In this document: one piece after another, positions 12,142 to 24,861 of the stretch
How positions within the stretch are numbered: position 1 is the first letter of the stretch
Layout of the letters: every line of letters starts with the position of its first letter
Assembly: GCA_024679065.1 (NCBI GenBank)
Contig: JAGIQG010000010.1
Location: forward strand, 40,114,001 to 40,178,000
Length of the DNA stretch: 64,000 nt
Direction: 5' to 3'
Origin: Sphyrna mokarran
Taxonomy: Eukaryota
Made by a program: the position numbers and the translations under genes
The notes under the pieces: model-generated
Told to the model about the DNA's origin: nothing
Seen by the model: the letters and a program-made list of their open reading frames with translations, nothing else
Databases searched by the model: none

Positions 12142-14536
12142 GAAGAGAAGAAAGTGATCATCAGAGTCATTTAGCTTACAGATTGGTGGAAAAAAAACTA
12201 AATAGATGGCTAAGAATTTGCCTAGATACCAAAGATTATAATCAAGCCCTTAAGAGAGATCACTACACCATTCCATTTTATGGAATTATACTCCAACAAG
12301 GATTAAAGTTTCCAGCAAGTTCAGTGTCAGAAATGTCTAGCGGAATGTGAATTAGATGTGGAATCTTCACTGCTGATAATAGCTCTGGAAGAATCATGAC
12401 CATGTCTGCCATGGAAATTTCAAGAAATAAGAGAAAAATTAAGAAGTTTCCTTGACTTTATCCAATACATAAGCTCCTTCATACCGCATGTATTAGAGAA
12501 TACAACAAACTGGCAGGAGCAGATGAAAGAAGACGTAGGCACCAGTCTTCAGAGTCACGGTGACAGAAGTTTCAACAAACTCAAAAAAGTAAAGTTGTCA
12601 TACTACAGGAAGAATACTGCCAGTTTGCAACTAGATACTTTTATAAAAGGACCAGTAGCAGCATTAGTAAAAGAGAGAAAGCCAATATCATTCTCATTCA
12701 AAGCTCAAACCTCAGCTGAGAGTAAATATGCTAACTTGCCAATTGTATACAAATGTCATACACACAACTTCATACACACCTCTGAGCGAGAAAGTTGATG
12801 ATCGATTGTGATCGTTATCCACAAGAGCTGATCTAGGAGAACAATCTATGTAGAGCATCAGGAAGACTGCAGAGCTTACTGTTGAGGCTTTAAAGTTACC
12901 ATTTCATTCTGAAATACAAGTCAGGAGTAGAAATGACACTGGTAGATATCCTATCTTGGTATACGTCAGTGGAAAAGCACAGAATAGAAGTTCAAGGTAT
13001 AAAGATTCATCAACTAGTGAATGTAACACCACCAAAACTGAGGCAAATTAGAGAAGGAACCAACACAGATAAGGAGTCACAGATGTTCTTTCATCAAGTG
13101 ATCCAGGGGCGGTCTGATAAGATAAAGCAAACACAGCCGGTGATACGGCAGGATTGGTTTAGCAGATGTAAGATAGTGTTCTGTTATCTGGATCCAGAGC
13201 AATCATACCTAAAACAATGCAGGAAGAACTTCTCCAGAAGATATACGAAGACTATATGGGGGGGGGAATGAAATATAAGTTCGGAGCCAGATTTGCTGTG
13301 TACAGAATAGGCATATAAAAAAACAATGAAAATTAGGTCTATGCCTGAAAATATCAATATCTTCAATATATATCAGAGTTCCTGAAGTAGCAGTCACACT
13401 GTGGCATACTATAGGAGCCAATTTATTCTCACATAATCAAGAATAGTTTCATTGTCACAGATTACTACTCAAAGGTTTTCTTTTATCTGGAAGATAAAAA
13501 AAACTTGTAAGCCACAACAAACATCTCAGCAGTACAAGTTATGTTTGCTGAGCAAGGGATTCCTGAAAGATTAATATGCAATAATGGCAGCCAGTTCACA
13601 TCCAGGGAAATTAAAGAGCTCACTGAACACCATGAGGTCAATATTATCATCTCATCACCAAAATATCAATGAGGATATTGCTTTATCAAAAGACACAGCC
13701 AGACAAAGGAAACCGTACAAAATGTTAAGAAACAAAGAGAGACCCAAATTTTGTCTTATTGTCACCTGAGTCCAGATCTCCAACATGAAATCACTGCTGG
13801 TGTGAACTCACCTGCAAAGTTGCTGAATGAAAGAAAATATCTACGCTGTCAAGCAAAATACAGCCCACAAGTGACCAGGAGGAAGTGAGTCAACAATTCA
13901 TTGAAACACAGGAAGGAGAATATTAGCACTTGAACAAATATGTTAAATTCCTACTGAGTTGTTAAAAAGACAAGCGTCAATACTTTTATAAGAATCAATC
14001 ACCAAAGATGTTGCTAAAGTCATGAGACCTAAACCAGAAATCGGTGAGGAGAACCAGAGCTCGTATTTGACCTGCCGACAACAACACTGGAAATATCCAG
14101 GCAGAAAATATTAATAACATTACCAAAAAATAATACATTAACAATAGTGAACACCAGGGACATGAATAACATCACCCATGCGGTGTGACAACTCATCACT
14201 AACAGCAATGAATGCCAAATCTGTAAGATGGAAACAACATCTAATCACCAAAGCAATGTTGTGAAGAATATTTTAAAAAGTACACACTATAAAAGATTCT
14301 AAAAATGGGAAACCGTTTATTTCCAAAAGTTTAATGACTGGGACAGATACGGATATATTTTCTAAAGAATGATATTCAACACTATGATATAATCTGTAAA
14401 CATCTGTGAAGAGCTAGGAACTACATGTGTGCAGAACAGTGGGGCACATTTTACAGCTGCACTTCATGCAATGTGTAACAGCGTCAGTTTAAACGAATCC
14501 TTCTATTGTACAAGGCAGTATTGCAAGTTAAAGATA

Positions 14537-15275
14537 GGGGGTGGGATTCTCCCAAAAAATGTTATGTGCTGAATTTGTGTTAGAAGTGGGGTAAATCCCA
14601 CTGATTTTTTCAGTGGAACTTTCAAAATGAATCTCCCACACTCTGTGTACTGCAGAGTGCACGAGCGTGAATCTCATTATAAATCAAGGAACAGGGCCTA
14701 TTCCCACTGAGGAGGCCGGCAATATAGTGCTGAGAGGGCCACTGCACATACATTGATCTGCCAAAGTGGAGATCAGTGCATGCACAGTAGCCCACTCTGC
14801 CGCTATTCTGATCGCTGTCCGTCGGATGCTGCCCCCCCCCCATGCAGTCCCAATCTCCTGATCTAGCCCCCACCATGGCAGAGTGTTTCACTCCACTAAC
14901 GGACAGCAAGTAGTGGAACCCTGTTGGAGTGAAGGGGGGTCCTGGAGCGCCCCCAGGAGGTCAAGACCTCTGTTCTGGATCTGCTAGTGATGTTACACTG
15001 AAAATAGGATTGATTTGCTAAACAATAGAGAAAATGCTGGAAAATCTCAGCAGGTCTGGCAGCATCTGTAAGCAGGGAAAAGAGGTGATGTTTTGAATCC
15101 AGATGACCTTTTGTCTAGCTCCATGCTGATTTCTGGCATGGAGCTGATGGTGCTGGAAATCCGGAGACATGGGGAGGCTTTGGTGCCCAGTGAGGAGGCG
15201 ACTAAACAGCCTCCACTTGAACCTCCCAGACTGCTGCACTGCCAGAGCAGCTTGGCAGGCTGGAGAATCATCCCC
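14537..15275 (+). mobile_element. Family A DNA transposon inserted in Gypsy LTR2
   Basis: TIRs ggggtgggattctcc / ggagaatcatcccc with flanks ata/aga. Hairpin at 14740-14790. Itself interrupted at 15020-15120. Confidence 0.78.
15020..15120 (-). mobile_element. Penelope-like pLTR fragment (second family)
   Basis: Reverse complement of the 11745 and 32684 type: gaaaatgctggaaaatctcagcaggtctggcagcatctgt. Confidence 0.7.
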
Positions 15276-15609
15276 AGAGCTCTGAGCTTTCCAAGCTTCA
15301 ATTGTGATTATTACCAACATCATGGAACCAAAAGTCAATTCACTAAGAAATCTTATAGTAACATGTTTACCCAAAGAGTGGCAAGAATGAGGCACTGGCA
15401 ACCACTGAGAGTGGTTGAAGTGGGTATAATCAATGCATTTAAGGGAAAGATAGACAAGAATATGAAGAAGAAGGGAATTTATTGTTCAGATAGTAGATTT
15501 AGGTTAAGAAAGATGGTAGTGAGGGAGGAGGGGGGGCTTGAATGGCAATGGAGCAAACAGCGTAAATTGGTTGTGCTGAATGCCTGTTTCTTTGCTGAAA
15601 AAGATCCAA

Positions 15610-16585
15610 TACAATCTCCCTCCTCCTCTCTTATCTCAAACATCTGTTGTTCTTTGATGAATTGTCCTCTCCAAGTCCCTCACTGTCCTCAAGGCCTCTG
15701 GAGGGCCATGTTATGGAGAATACAGAGCACTACAATGACCAAGACCCATGCAGGAAGGTATTGGAGAGAGTCACCTGACTGATCCGGGCAATGGAAATGC
15801 ACCTTGAGGAATGGTGGTGTGCTTAATGATTATTCTAGTGAGGAGGAACTCTGTTATCTCCTCTCTCCAGCAATGTCCCTATCTAAAGCTCCATTAGAAG
15901 GGTGAGAAAATTAAAGTTTACTTGTTAGTGTCACAAATATGCTTACATTAACATTACAATGAAGTTACTGTTAAAATCCCTAGTCTCCACAATCCAGGCC
16001 TGTTCAGATATCCTGAGAGAGAATTTAGTATGGCCAATGTACCGTACAGCACGTCTTTCAGAATGTGGGAGGAAACTGGAGGAACCCAGAGGAAACTCAC
16101 ACAGACACAGGGAGAAAACACAGACTCTGCACAGACAGTGACCCGAGCCGGGAATCAAACTGTGCCACCGTGCCACCCCTTAAGTCATGCCTTCAAGGAC
16201 TTTTTCTTGTTTCCCAGGTTCCATTCATGCATTCTGGGGTTTGAAGTAAAGATGCAGAGCAGCTTAGATTGGCAGAGAATGAAGACATGCCAGGAAAACC
16301 AGCACACACATGGGGGAAGTTCTTTTGTAGTTCCTGATGAGTTGAATACAGAAGGAGCGAAAGTCCGATCTGTTTACAGATCTGGAAGATTGGTCACATG
16401 CTGCCTTGATGGCCACATGGGTGTAGTCAATGATGTTCTGTAGCTGGGATAATCCAAAGGTGGATGTGAAATCTACTCACCCCTGTGTTGGAAAGGCCAT
16501 CTCTGTCTGGAATTGAATGTCTTGAACAACCCTCACAAAGAGGGTGTCAGGTAACTTGCAAGATGTTACCTTGCTGCCATCTATG
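15610..16585 (-). pseudogene. PIF/Harbinger (HARBI1-like) DDE transposase relic
   Basis: Minus strand gives QLQNIIDYTHVAIKA...VNRSDFRSFCIQL...CAGFPG (16300-16460) and TRIII...LKVHFHCPDQSGDSLQYLP...LCILHNMALQR (15695-15845). These match HARBI1-type motifs GAIDCTHV, NRKGFHS, RFRCLD.SGG.LQY and LHN. Stops, frameshifts and a SINE insertion. Confidence 0.8.
15911..16177 (-). mobile_element. V-SINE with alternative (non-CR1) tail, internally deleted head
   Basis: V-core plus tail ctagggattttaacagtaacttcattgtaatgttaatgtaagc...tgtgacactaacaagtaaacttt. Confidence 0.85.
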
Positions 16586-16587
16586 AG

Positions 16588-16905
16588 ATTTTTCTTTGAT
16601 TCATTCATGAGACTTGGGTGTCGCTGGCTGGCCAGCACTTATTGCCCATCCCGAATTGCCCTTGTTCAGAGGGCAGTTCAGAGTTAACCTGTGAATCTGG
16701 AGTCACATGTATGTCATTACTAGTTAAGGATGGCAGATTTCCTTCTCTAAATGGCATTAGTGAACCAGATGGGTTTTTCCGACAATTGACAATACCTTCA
16801 TGGTCAACAGTAAATTTTTAGTTCCAGATTTTTTTTATTGAATTCAAATTCCATCATCTGCCATGGCCAGATTTAAACCTGGACCTCCAGGACATTATCA
16901 TTGAG
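16588..16905 (-). mobile_element. tRNA-derived SINE of a second family (tail gggcaattcgggatgggcaataa)
   Basis: Core ggttcactaatgcc..aggaaatctgccatcc..gtgactccaga, shared with 28057 and 29660. Confidence 0.8.
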
Positions 16906-17058
16906 ATGCCACAAAAGGCTGCAACTAATCTTTAGGAATGAGTCAGGAGTGAAGATGTTCAAGGACACAGTGACTTTGATAGACGTTAGAAAAGCATGAC
17001 AACCAGTGCTGCAAAGTATCAGGTCCTCAGCAACAAAATCATCAATATTTGTGACTTT

Positions 17059-17885
17059 GAGGACAATTCACCCAAAAAGTGCTGAATTTGCGGGAAAATT
17101 GCTATAAATCACAATTGTTTTTTCAGCGGGAGTTCATACTCGAATCTCCCCACTCTGTGCAATACAGAGATCACAGTTGTGAATATTATTAAAAACCCAG
17201 GAAGCGGGCCTATTCCTGCCAGAGTCTGACAGCTCTGGGCATCAGCTCATGATATGGAGATGCCAGCGTTGGACTAGGATAAACACAGTAAGAAGTCTGA
17301 CAACACCAGGTTTAAGTGCAACAAATTTATTTGATAGTAAACTCACAAGCTTTCGGGGTTTGTCCCTTCATCGGGTGAATGGAGAGTCTGAGGCCAGAAC
17401 TCTCCATTCACCTGATAAAGGGACAAACCCTGAAAGCTTGTGAGTTTACTATCAAATAAATCGGTTGGACTTAAACCTGGCGTTATCAGACTTCCTATTG
17501 CATCAGCTCGTGCGCAGTGACCCCCATCTGTCAGCCTCTAGTTTGGTGGGCAGTTTGATTGTTAGTCAGCCTGGGACCATTGCAGTGCTGACCCTACTCC
17601 CCTCCCCTTGCACCCCCCCCCACCCAATTCCACAGCCCGATTGCGGCCCACACAAGCAATACCAGGCTAGCCCCAACTCCCAGCATTTTCCCTACCCCCA
17701 CCACCCAGGAGCACCCCCATCTCCAGCCCCCTCCACCCACCAATGACGATCCCCCCAGCCCAGCAGACTCCTCCATGGGAGGTAGAACTCCCTTCCTCCC
17801 CACCTCCCTCCTCCAGGTGGCAGACCTCACCCCCCCTACCCCCCCACCCTGACAGAGAGGGTTTCTGTACTGCTATCCTCCCATC
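17059..17885 (+). mobile_element. Family A DNA transposon, 3'-truncated
   Basis: gaggacaattcacccaaaaagtgctgaatttg matches the left ends at 9178 and 14537. Confidence 0.7.
17249..17499. mobile_element. Fold-back mini-Penelope (~250 bp) with hammerhead motifs on both strands
   Basis: ~105-bp inverted arms (17286-17390 / 17395-17500), 10-bp TSD gcatcagctc (17239, 17500), and a one-sided tail atgatatggagatgccagcgttggac. Confidence 0.88.
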
Positions 17886-18304
17886 CAAGTAATTATTGGC
17901 AGCACCAGGATTGTTAATGGGAAATTAATCTGTCATTCTTGTTCGTAATTTTGTTCACCTCCCCCAGCCCACCATCACCCGCTCCCCACCCATTCCCCTG
18001 ATTTTGTGTGTCCTTGAAAATTCACCCCATGGTCTGTCATGAATGGGAGGGCTCAGCTGGCAGAGAGAATGCTGCATGTCACCTTTGGTTACAGCATGGC
18101 TTTCATTGTGGAAGTGCTGCCCATATCTGGTCGAGTTGCAGTGGGGAGCCATGAGCCATAAGTAGAGAGGATAGTCCCTGTTGTTGAATTGCCTTTCACT
18201 GGTTCAAAATGGTAGTTTGTTGATGGTGGGAAAGCTGACTATTGTCATGATTGCTGCCAGGAGAGTGGGAATTTACCAACAGGATGGTCTGTGTCTGAGC
18301 CCAC

Positions 18305-18424
18305 AGACAGAATTTTCCCATCCCACCCGCCACAGGAATCAGAGGCCAGGAGCTGGACCATGCAAAGGTTGACCTCAGTTGGGATTTTCTGATCTTGGGA
18401 TGAGCACAACTGGAAAATCCCACC
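18305..18424. mobile_element. ~120-bp MITE
   Basis: agacagaattttccc...ggaaaatcccacc, with flanks cac/tac. Confidence 0.7.
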
Positions 18425-18511
18425 TACCCCACACACTCACACACCAACAGGGAGGCTTCAAGAGGGGAACTTTTGTTGTTCTGATACATTATCTGTTGAA
18501 ACATTATCTGT

Positions 18512-18637
18512 GCGCCGGAATTTTACCAACTTGCCCGACACAAGAATCGGAGCGGGCAAGAAATGGGCAATGAGAAGGTTCATTGACATAGATGGGATTT
18601 TATGATTTCGGGAGGGAGAAAGTTGTAAAATCTGTCC
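18512..18637. mobile_element. ~125-bp MITE, related subfamily
   Basis: gcgccggaattttacc...gtaaaatctgtcc. Confidence 0.65.
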
Positions 18638-18698
18638 ATCGCATTCACGAAACCATATGTCCAATCAATAGGTCCCGCCACCATTATGATCCCTATAG

Positions 18699-19755
18699 AA
18701 TTTAATTTGATTTGATATGTTATTGTCACATTTATCAGTATACAGTGTAAAGTATTGTTTCTTGCACACTATACAGACAAAACATAGCATATATAGAGAA
18801 GGAAAGGAGAGGCTGCAGAATGTAGTGTTACAGTAATAGGATGTAGATCAACTTAATGCAAGGTAGATCCATTCAAAAGTTTGATGGCAGCAGGGAAGAA
18901 GCTTTCTTAAGTCAATTGGTACGTTTCCTCAGACTTTTATATTTTTTTCCTGACAAAAGAAGATGGAAGAGAACATGTCCAGGATGCATGGGGTCCTAAA
19001 TTATGCTGGCTGCTTTTCTGAGGCAGTGGGAAGTGTAGAAGTGTCAACGGGTGGGAGGCTCATTTCAGTGATGGACTGGGCTTCATTCATGACCTTTTGT
19101 AATTTTTTGTTGCCTTGGAGAGAGCAAAAGCCATACCTAGCTGTGATACAACTAGAAGGAATGTATTCTGTGGTACATCTATAAAAGTTGGTGAGAATCA
19201 TAGCAGATATGTCATATTTCCTCAGTCTTCTGAGAAAGTAGAGGCATTGGTGGGCTTTCTTAACTATAGCATCAGCATGGAGGGGCCAGGGCAGATGTTC
19301 ATGATCTGGAAACCTAAAAACTAGAAGCTCTTGACCATTTCTACTTCAACCCCATAGATATAAATAGGAAAATGTCCTCCACTACATTTCCTGAAATGGA
19401 TGAGTATCTCCTTCATTTTGTTAATATTGAGGGAGAGATTATTGTCATCTCACCAGTTCACCAGATTCTCTATCTCTTTCCTGTACTCTGTCTCGTCATT
19501 GTTTGAAATCTGGCCCACTACGGTGGTGTCATCAGCAAACTTAAAAATTGAGTTGGAGGGAAATTTGGCCACACAGTCATAGGTGAATAAGAAGTATCGT
19601 AAAGGCTTGAGGTACTGGTGTTGAGGATGATTACAGAGGAGATGTTGTCCATCCTTATGATTGCAATCCGTGAGTTAGGAAGTTCAGGATCTAGTCACAG
19701 AGGAAGGAGCCAAGCCCCAGGTCAGGGAGTTTGGAGATAAGTTTTTAGGAATAGT
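18699..19755 (-). mobile_element. Rex1/Babar-type LINE, 5'-truncated
   Basis: Minus strand KFADDTTVVGQISNNDETEYRKEIENLV (19455-19545), FYRCTTEYI.SSCITA, and a (tcaaa)n tail. Confidence 0.88.
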
Positions 19756-21524
19756 AGCAGCTATAGTGTTAGTCATAATTAGAGAAAATCTACTGACTCT
19801 ATCCTATAATTAGTGCTTTTATAATGCCTATTTGGTCATCTTAAATCATATCCCTAACAGGTATACGTTGCCTCAATTTAGCAGCTTTTCAGATAATTGC
19901 TCTGATGGCATATTCATATATGTAAGGGTCGTTTGTAACCTACGGAAATCTTATCACTACACAGTGACTACTCTACTTGCTTTCTTCTTCCTGAGGGCAT
20001 GGGCTTTCAATAATGGTAGCAATCACCTTTATGTCAATTTGTATTGCCCTAATATTTTAAAACTCAAATCAGAAATATCATTGAAATCCAAAATTACTGC
20101 TTAAGAGGGTTACTAATTAAAGCCCTAATTAAAAAAAAAATATGAGCACTGATTTCTGAAGAAGCCAGTACTATTAATACATAGATGAGTCATTTATACT
20201 GCTTTATATCTCCAATTAAAACTTCGTGTAACAGCAAGATCCAATTGCCAAAACTCATTACAAAAATTAAAGCTAAAGGCTTTAAAAACTGAAGGGCAAT
20301 TCACATTATCCTCAGAGGTAACATCGCTACCATAATACTACCATCTTGAGTATGTTTACTGATAATATTTGAGACAAAGGATCGGATTTGAAATTCAGGA
20401 CTGATGGGCGGAGTGGGGAGGGTTCACTGGTTCATAGGAAACTAGGGACTAAGTGCACCATGTCTGCCAGCTGCATTTTAACACAGTCATTGATTTATCA
20501 TTTCATTTCCATTTGCTGATTCAACATGGGAGAACATTGGTGGTGGGAGCAGCTGACTAGTGCTGAGTAAAAGCATCATGATTGCTGCCAATATAGTGGG
20601 AATTTACCAATATAATAGTCTGTGCATGGACCCACATCAACAGTAAGTTAGAGAGAGCAACGTTTCTGGTTGTGGTACATCTCCCTGTTGAGAAAGCCAT
20701 GTATATCTAGTCAATAGCTTCCTCCATTATTATAAATCAACCAATTAAAGGCAGAAAGCATCATGATAACCTGCATAATGTAATTTCAATTCTAATACAT
20801 AAAGAAGCATTCCAGGCGTTCAATTTGAAGGGGTTTAAAATTGGAAGGCAAAGGAAATAGATGAGAAAATTTGGAATCCAGAAGGTCAAAGATTGCACCA
20901 CTTTTCAGTGATGCCTCCCAGAATGTGTTGCTATTTCCTAGCAATGGGAAAAATAACCTAGACATGTCCAGAGATTAGGCTTAGAAAGGGGTATAAAGCC
21001 ACAACCCAAAAGGACATTGCTGCTGCAACCAGGGAATCATGGCTTGTTCAGTCACAGAAGGACGTACAGATTAATTTGTTCTGAGATCTGACCTCACGGA
21101 ACGAGCTCCAGCATGTAGGTCTTACTGAGCAACTGGTATTGGAAGTATTATATTACTCAGTAGTTTAATAAAGGTATTCCACATAAAGTGCAAATTGTGT
21201 TCAAAGTTATTTTGTATTATTGATACTTACTTTGGGGCCTGGTCCTTACAGAGAAGTGAGTCTCCCTGTTTAAGGGTGTTGCATGGCTTTGGCCCCTCAA
21301 TTGTTACGTCCTTTTCAATTTGCTTTCACTGGTGAGTTCCAGGAAGCCAAAGATCCATCAAAGATAAACTTCAAAATCAACAACATACTTTTCTGAGGAG
21401 GCTATTGTCCACAGCCCAGTGCATTGCAGTTAAGTGTGTAAGTTGTGGGTTGGAACCAGCTTTCCAACGTTTTTTTCGATGTACAGTGAACAAGGGGACA
21501 AGGCCAAAAGATAGAGGGTCAGTC

Positions 21525-21757
21525 ATTTAAACTTGCAGAGGGTGGTGAATCTCTGGAATTCTCTACCCTAAAGGATAGTGAAGGCTGGATCATTAGAAGT
21601 ATTTAAAATGGAGGTGGATACATATTTGATGGATTGAGGAAATGCACAGAAAAAGTCCTGAAGCTGGCATAGATCAACCATCATCATATTGAATGACGAG
21701 GTAGACTTGAAGGGCCTAGTGCCCTACTCTTGTGTCTATTTTTTTGTGTTCTTGTGT
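21525..21757 (+). mobile_element. CR1 3' end fragment
   Basis: cagagggtggtgaatctctggaattctctacc...gaagggcctagtgccctactc...ttttgtgttcttgtg. Confidence 0.8.
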
Positions 21758-22194
21758 ACTTTACATGTACTTACATTCTTCTGAGATTTTGCCCTGCCTT
21801 CAGCCAAATGCTCACCTAGATTAAAATTCTCCTCCTAAGTTTCATGTCCCATCCTTCCATTCTTGGAGTTAGTGCGAACCAACATCCGGAACCTACGGCC
21901 TAGGGGAACATATTGATGTCATAAACCTGCAAAGCGAGGAAAAAATTGTGTAACTTCAGAAATAGATTAAGTGTTACATTAATTTAAAACTAGTTTTGAT
22001 TGAACAGAGCATGCAGAATTTAAATAAATTAGCATAGAATGTTCTTGAAGTGAATTATATTACTGCTGCCCTTTTGAAAAGACAGTGTTGTCACTAATGG
22101 CTTGCATAGAGAATGGTGCAAGGATCTGGGTCTACTTATTCCCCTCTATTTCAATGTCAAAATGCTACCAAGTTTGAGCTTGAAAATTATTGTT

Positions 22195-23595
22195 TGCTAT
22201 CCCTCAATTTGAGGGACTACTGAGGGCTGCAAGTTTCTGTCCTGGGTATTCATGTGATTGAACAAGCCAACCCCTAATCCATGGGTCTCTGAGCATAGTC
22301 TCAAGATGTAGTGGGATCTAGGATGGAGGATTTGTTCCCTTTTCTTTCCTTGTCTGCTGCTCTCTGCCTCATCATTAAGAAAGTGTGAATCAAAATTTGA
22401 TGCAGTTTGAGAGATGAGTTGTTGCCATTTTGAACAATTGGCAGCATACTCTTTCCAGTCATTATTTTTAATGCTGCCGTGCTTCAAGGAGAATCTAACT
22501 TTTAGTGTTTTCTCTGTCCTCCCTTGGCATGCTGCTATTTGAGATTGAGAAAACAAGACATAGCCAGGAAGAGTCTTTTCAGTCATTTGGACAGAAGTGT
22601 CCAATCCATCAAATTGGTTTTGGAGAAGTTTTACCTAGATATATGTGGAATTGGCTTTGAGAAAGACACTACCATTTGTATTGCTATTGAATCTGGAGAA
22701 TACAATGGAGACATTGTTGATAAGTTTCTCTCTTATGCTCTCTTATGTGTTGCAACTGCACAGTTCAGATCTCTCTATACTATTGAGATGTTCAGATGTT
22801 TCTGTAGTACTGAAATGTGGGGATGACGGCTGCTCTTTACAATAAGACTTCTGTTGATTTGAGAGGTCTTTGTTGTCAAACACTCACTGCCATAGTTTGT
22901 AGAAGGTAGAGCTGGTGCAACTGATCTGATGTTGGATCTTCTTGTCAGTGGTGGCATTTTGAGAGAAATGGTTACCAAGGTAAGACAAACACTCAATATT
23001 TTCCAGAGCATCTCCTTCAAAATGTATGGGAGTTGCAATATTTGGCTGGCCAGTTGAGGATCGATATGAATTTTGTTTTGACAACATTCAAGAACATGCA
23101 GAATTGTATGCAGAATTGAAGAGATAGGGAGTGACTTACAAATCTAGTGTTGAGTGAGCAACGACACTGCTTTCATCTACAAACTGTAGTTCATATATGC
23201 CTATGGCACTGAGTTTAGTTTTGAAATGGAGATGACTGAGGTTAAAGAGTTTACATCTCAGCATTATTTAATACACATGCCAGCGGATTGTTAATCTTTG
23301 ATGAAATGAACAGCCATTGTCAGATAGATTATAAATAGTTGGGAGCTATCACTCAGCATAGCTTTATCCCATACCAGTTTTAAAGTTGTTTCTTTCAGAT
23401 CTCTCACTCGAGGCAGTTGCAGTTATATAGTTATAAAATATTTGCAGGTTTGTGATAAGGCTTCTTGGACAGCCAAATCTTTGGAATGCCAGCTACACAA
23501 CCTCAATTTACTGAATCAAATGCTTTGGTCGGATCGATGAATGCAGAACTTACTGGTGTTGATCTCAAGATCTTTTGTGTCTTTGCCTTGGATTG
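22195..23595 (-). mobile_element. Decayed RTE-clade LINE (RT)
   Basis: Minus strand AFIDPTKAFDS (23515-23545), ELQFVDES (23170) and LENIECLSYLGNHFSQNATTDKKIQHQISC (22900-23010), typical of RTE RTs. Confidence 0.82.
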
Positions 23596-23608
23596 TTTTT
23601 TTTCTCTT

Positions 23609-23916
23609 AATCATAAAATCATAGAATCCTACAGTGCAGAATGAAGCTATTCAACTCATTGAGCCTGCACGATCACAATCCCACCCAGACCCTACATATT
23701 ACCACACAGATTTACCCTGCTAATCCCCCTGACACTAAGCAGCACTTTAGTGTGGCCAATGAAGCTAACGCACTCATCTTTGGACTGTGGGAGGAAACCG
23801 GAGCACCCGGAGGAGACAGATGCAGACACCGGAAGAATGTGCAAACTCCACATGGTCGCCCAAGGCTGGAATTGAACCCGAGTCCCTGAGCAGCAGTGCT
23901 AACCACTGTGCCACCC
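23609..23916 (-). mobile_element. HE1/V-SINE, CR1-type tail
   Basis: ggtggcacagtggttagcactgctgc head, V-core ggtgctccggtttcctcccacagtccaaag, tail ggattctatgattttatga. Confidence 0.9.
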
Positions 23917-24626
23917 ACTGAAAGGTTTGTTTTGTCACTGTGCACATCCTACTGGCACACTCCATGAGAGAGATTTTTTTAAATCACATTCGTTTTCAAC
24001 AAGCCTGCAGCTGTCATTTATGAAATACAGGCAGAAAATTATGTCCAAATGAGTTGCACATTTGCTCCTTTAAAAAATGGAGCTCAGTGTGACTTCTAGA
24101 GGGCACACATTTCCAATGTCTGCACACTTTCATTCCCATTGATGTAAAACCAATGTAGATTTGGTGTGAACAGCAGAACAGTCTGGAAACTCTTGCACAG
24201 CCTTTAAAAAAACTGTTCAGCCTTCTGTCTTCAGCAACAGATGGAGGATCAGCTCTTGGCTCTTTCAGTTCACTCTCTAATAACTTCACTGCATATTTTA
24301 GCAATACTCTTAGGTCGTGTTTATTCACAGAGTTTTCTGATTGATCCCCTTGAAGGGCAGGCACACCCAACCGTTAGTCTGGGATGTGAAATTTGATGCT
24401 GCCTAATGTAAACTAATTCAATGCTCCCTGCAAGTTTGATTCAGTCATTGTCAAGCAGGCAGGCAGGTTTCAGAGCTCACAGTGACACTGTGATTGTACA
24501 GTATGACTGAAGAAGGTGCGGATAATTTCAGAATGGTGATTGGTACCAATTCCATAGTGAGGAACTGTAGCTATCTCTGTCAAGATCCTCTGTTATCTCA
24601 TACCCTGTAATTTAAATTATAGTTTG

Positions 24627-24627
<1 letters not shown>

Positions 24628-24689
<62 letters not shown>
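24628..24689 (+). repeat. (TG)~31 microsatellite
   Basis: Perfect dinucleotide run followed by degenerate TG/CG. Confidence 0.97.
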
Positions 24690-24693
<4 letters not shown>

Positions 24694-24861
24694 TGTGTTG
24701 CATGTATGTGTGTTTTTTGTGTGTGTGTGCCCGCGCCCGTGTGCATTTGTGTTCTTTTCCTTGCTCTCAGCACAAAAGTACCAACCATTTCAATGGGATT
24801 GGTAAACTCAAATGCTGTTCTTTTTATTAATCAACATTAAATAGCACATATACGATCTTGG

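Larger units (their letters stand above)
10660..15319 (+). mobile_element. Decayed Gypsy/Ty3 LTR retrotransposon with both LTRs
   Basis: LTR1 (10660-10877) aligns with LTR2 (~14375-14536 plus 15276-15319); both end gtgatt..taccaaca. Gag knuckle CRICGKVNHW (11590), RT NQALKRDHYTIP (12240), RNase H LQLD...KPISF...ESKYANL (12625-12740), integrase IVTDYYSK and FAEQGIPERLICNNGSQF (13450-13600). Confidence 0.88.

Noticed and set aside
15093-15782. 229-aa ORF as a host gene
   Set aside because: It runs across five unrelated repeat fragments (Penelope, MITE, LTR, CR1 UTR, antisense Harbinger), so it is a chance chimeric frame.
20850-21310. Possible solo LTRs (also 35913-36279 plus 37316-37560)
   Set aside because: AATAAA and TGTTA-like ends are suggestive, but no second copy, TSD or internal domain could be confirmed.
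24092-24108. CTCF-like motif (cttctagagggcac; also 35884-35900)
   Set aside because: Only partial matches, expected by chance in 64 kb; needs a PWM scan and ChIP data.
24014-24370. 118-aa minus-strand ORF in unique sequence
   Set aside because: Non-ATG start, no recognisable domain, and no supporting neighbouring exons.
24624-24840. CV-repeat ORFs
   Set aside because: Translation of the (TG)n microsatellite.
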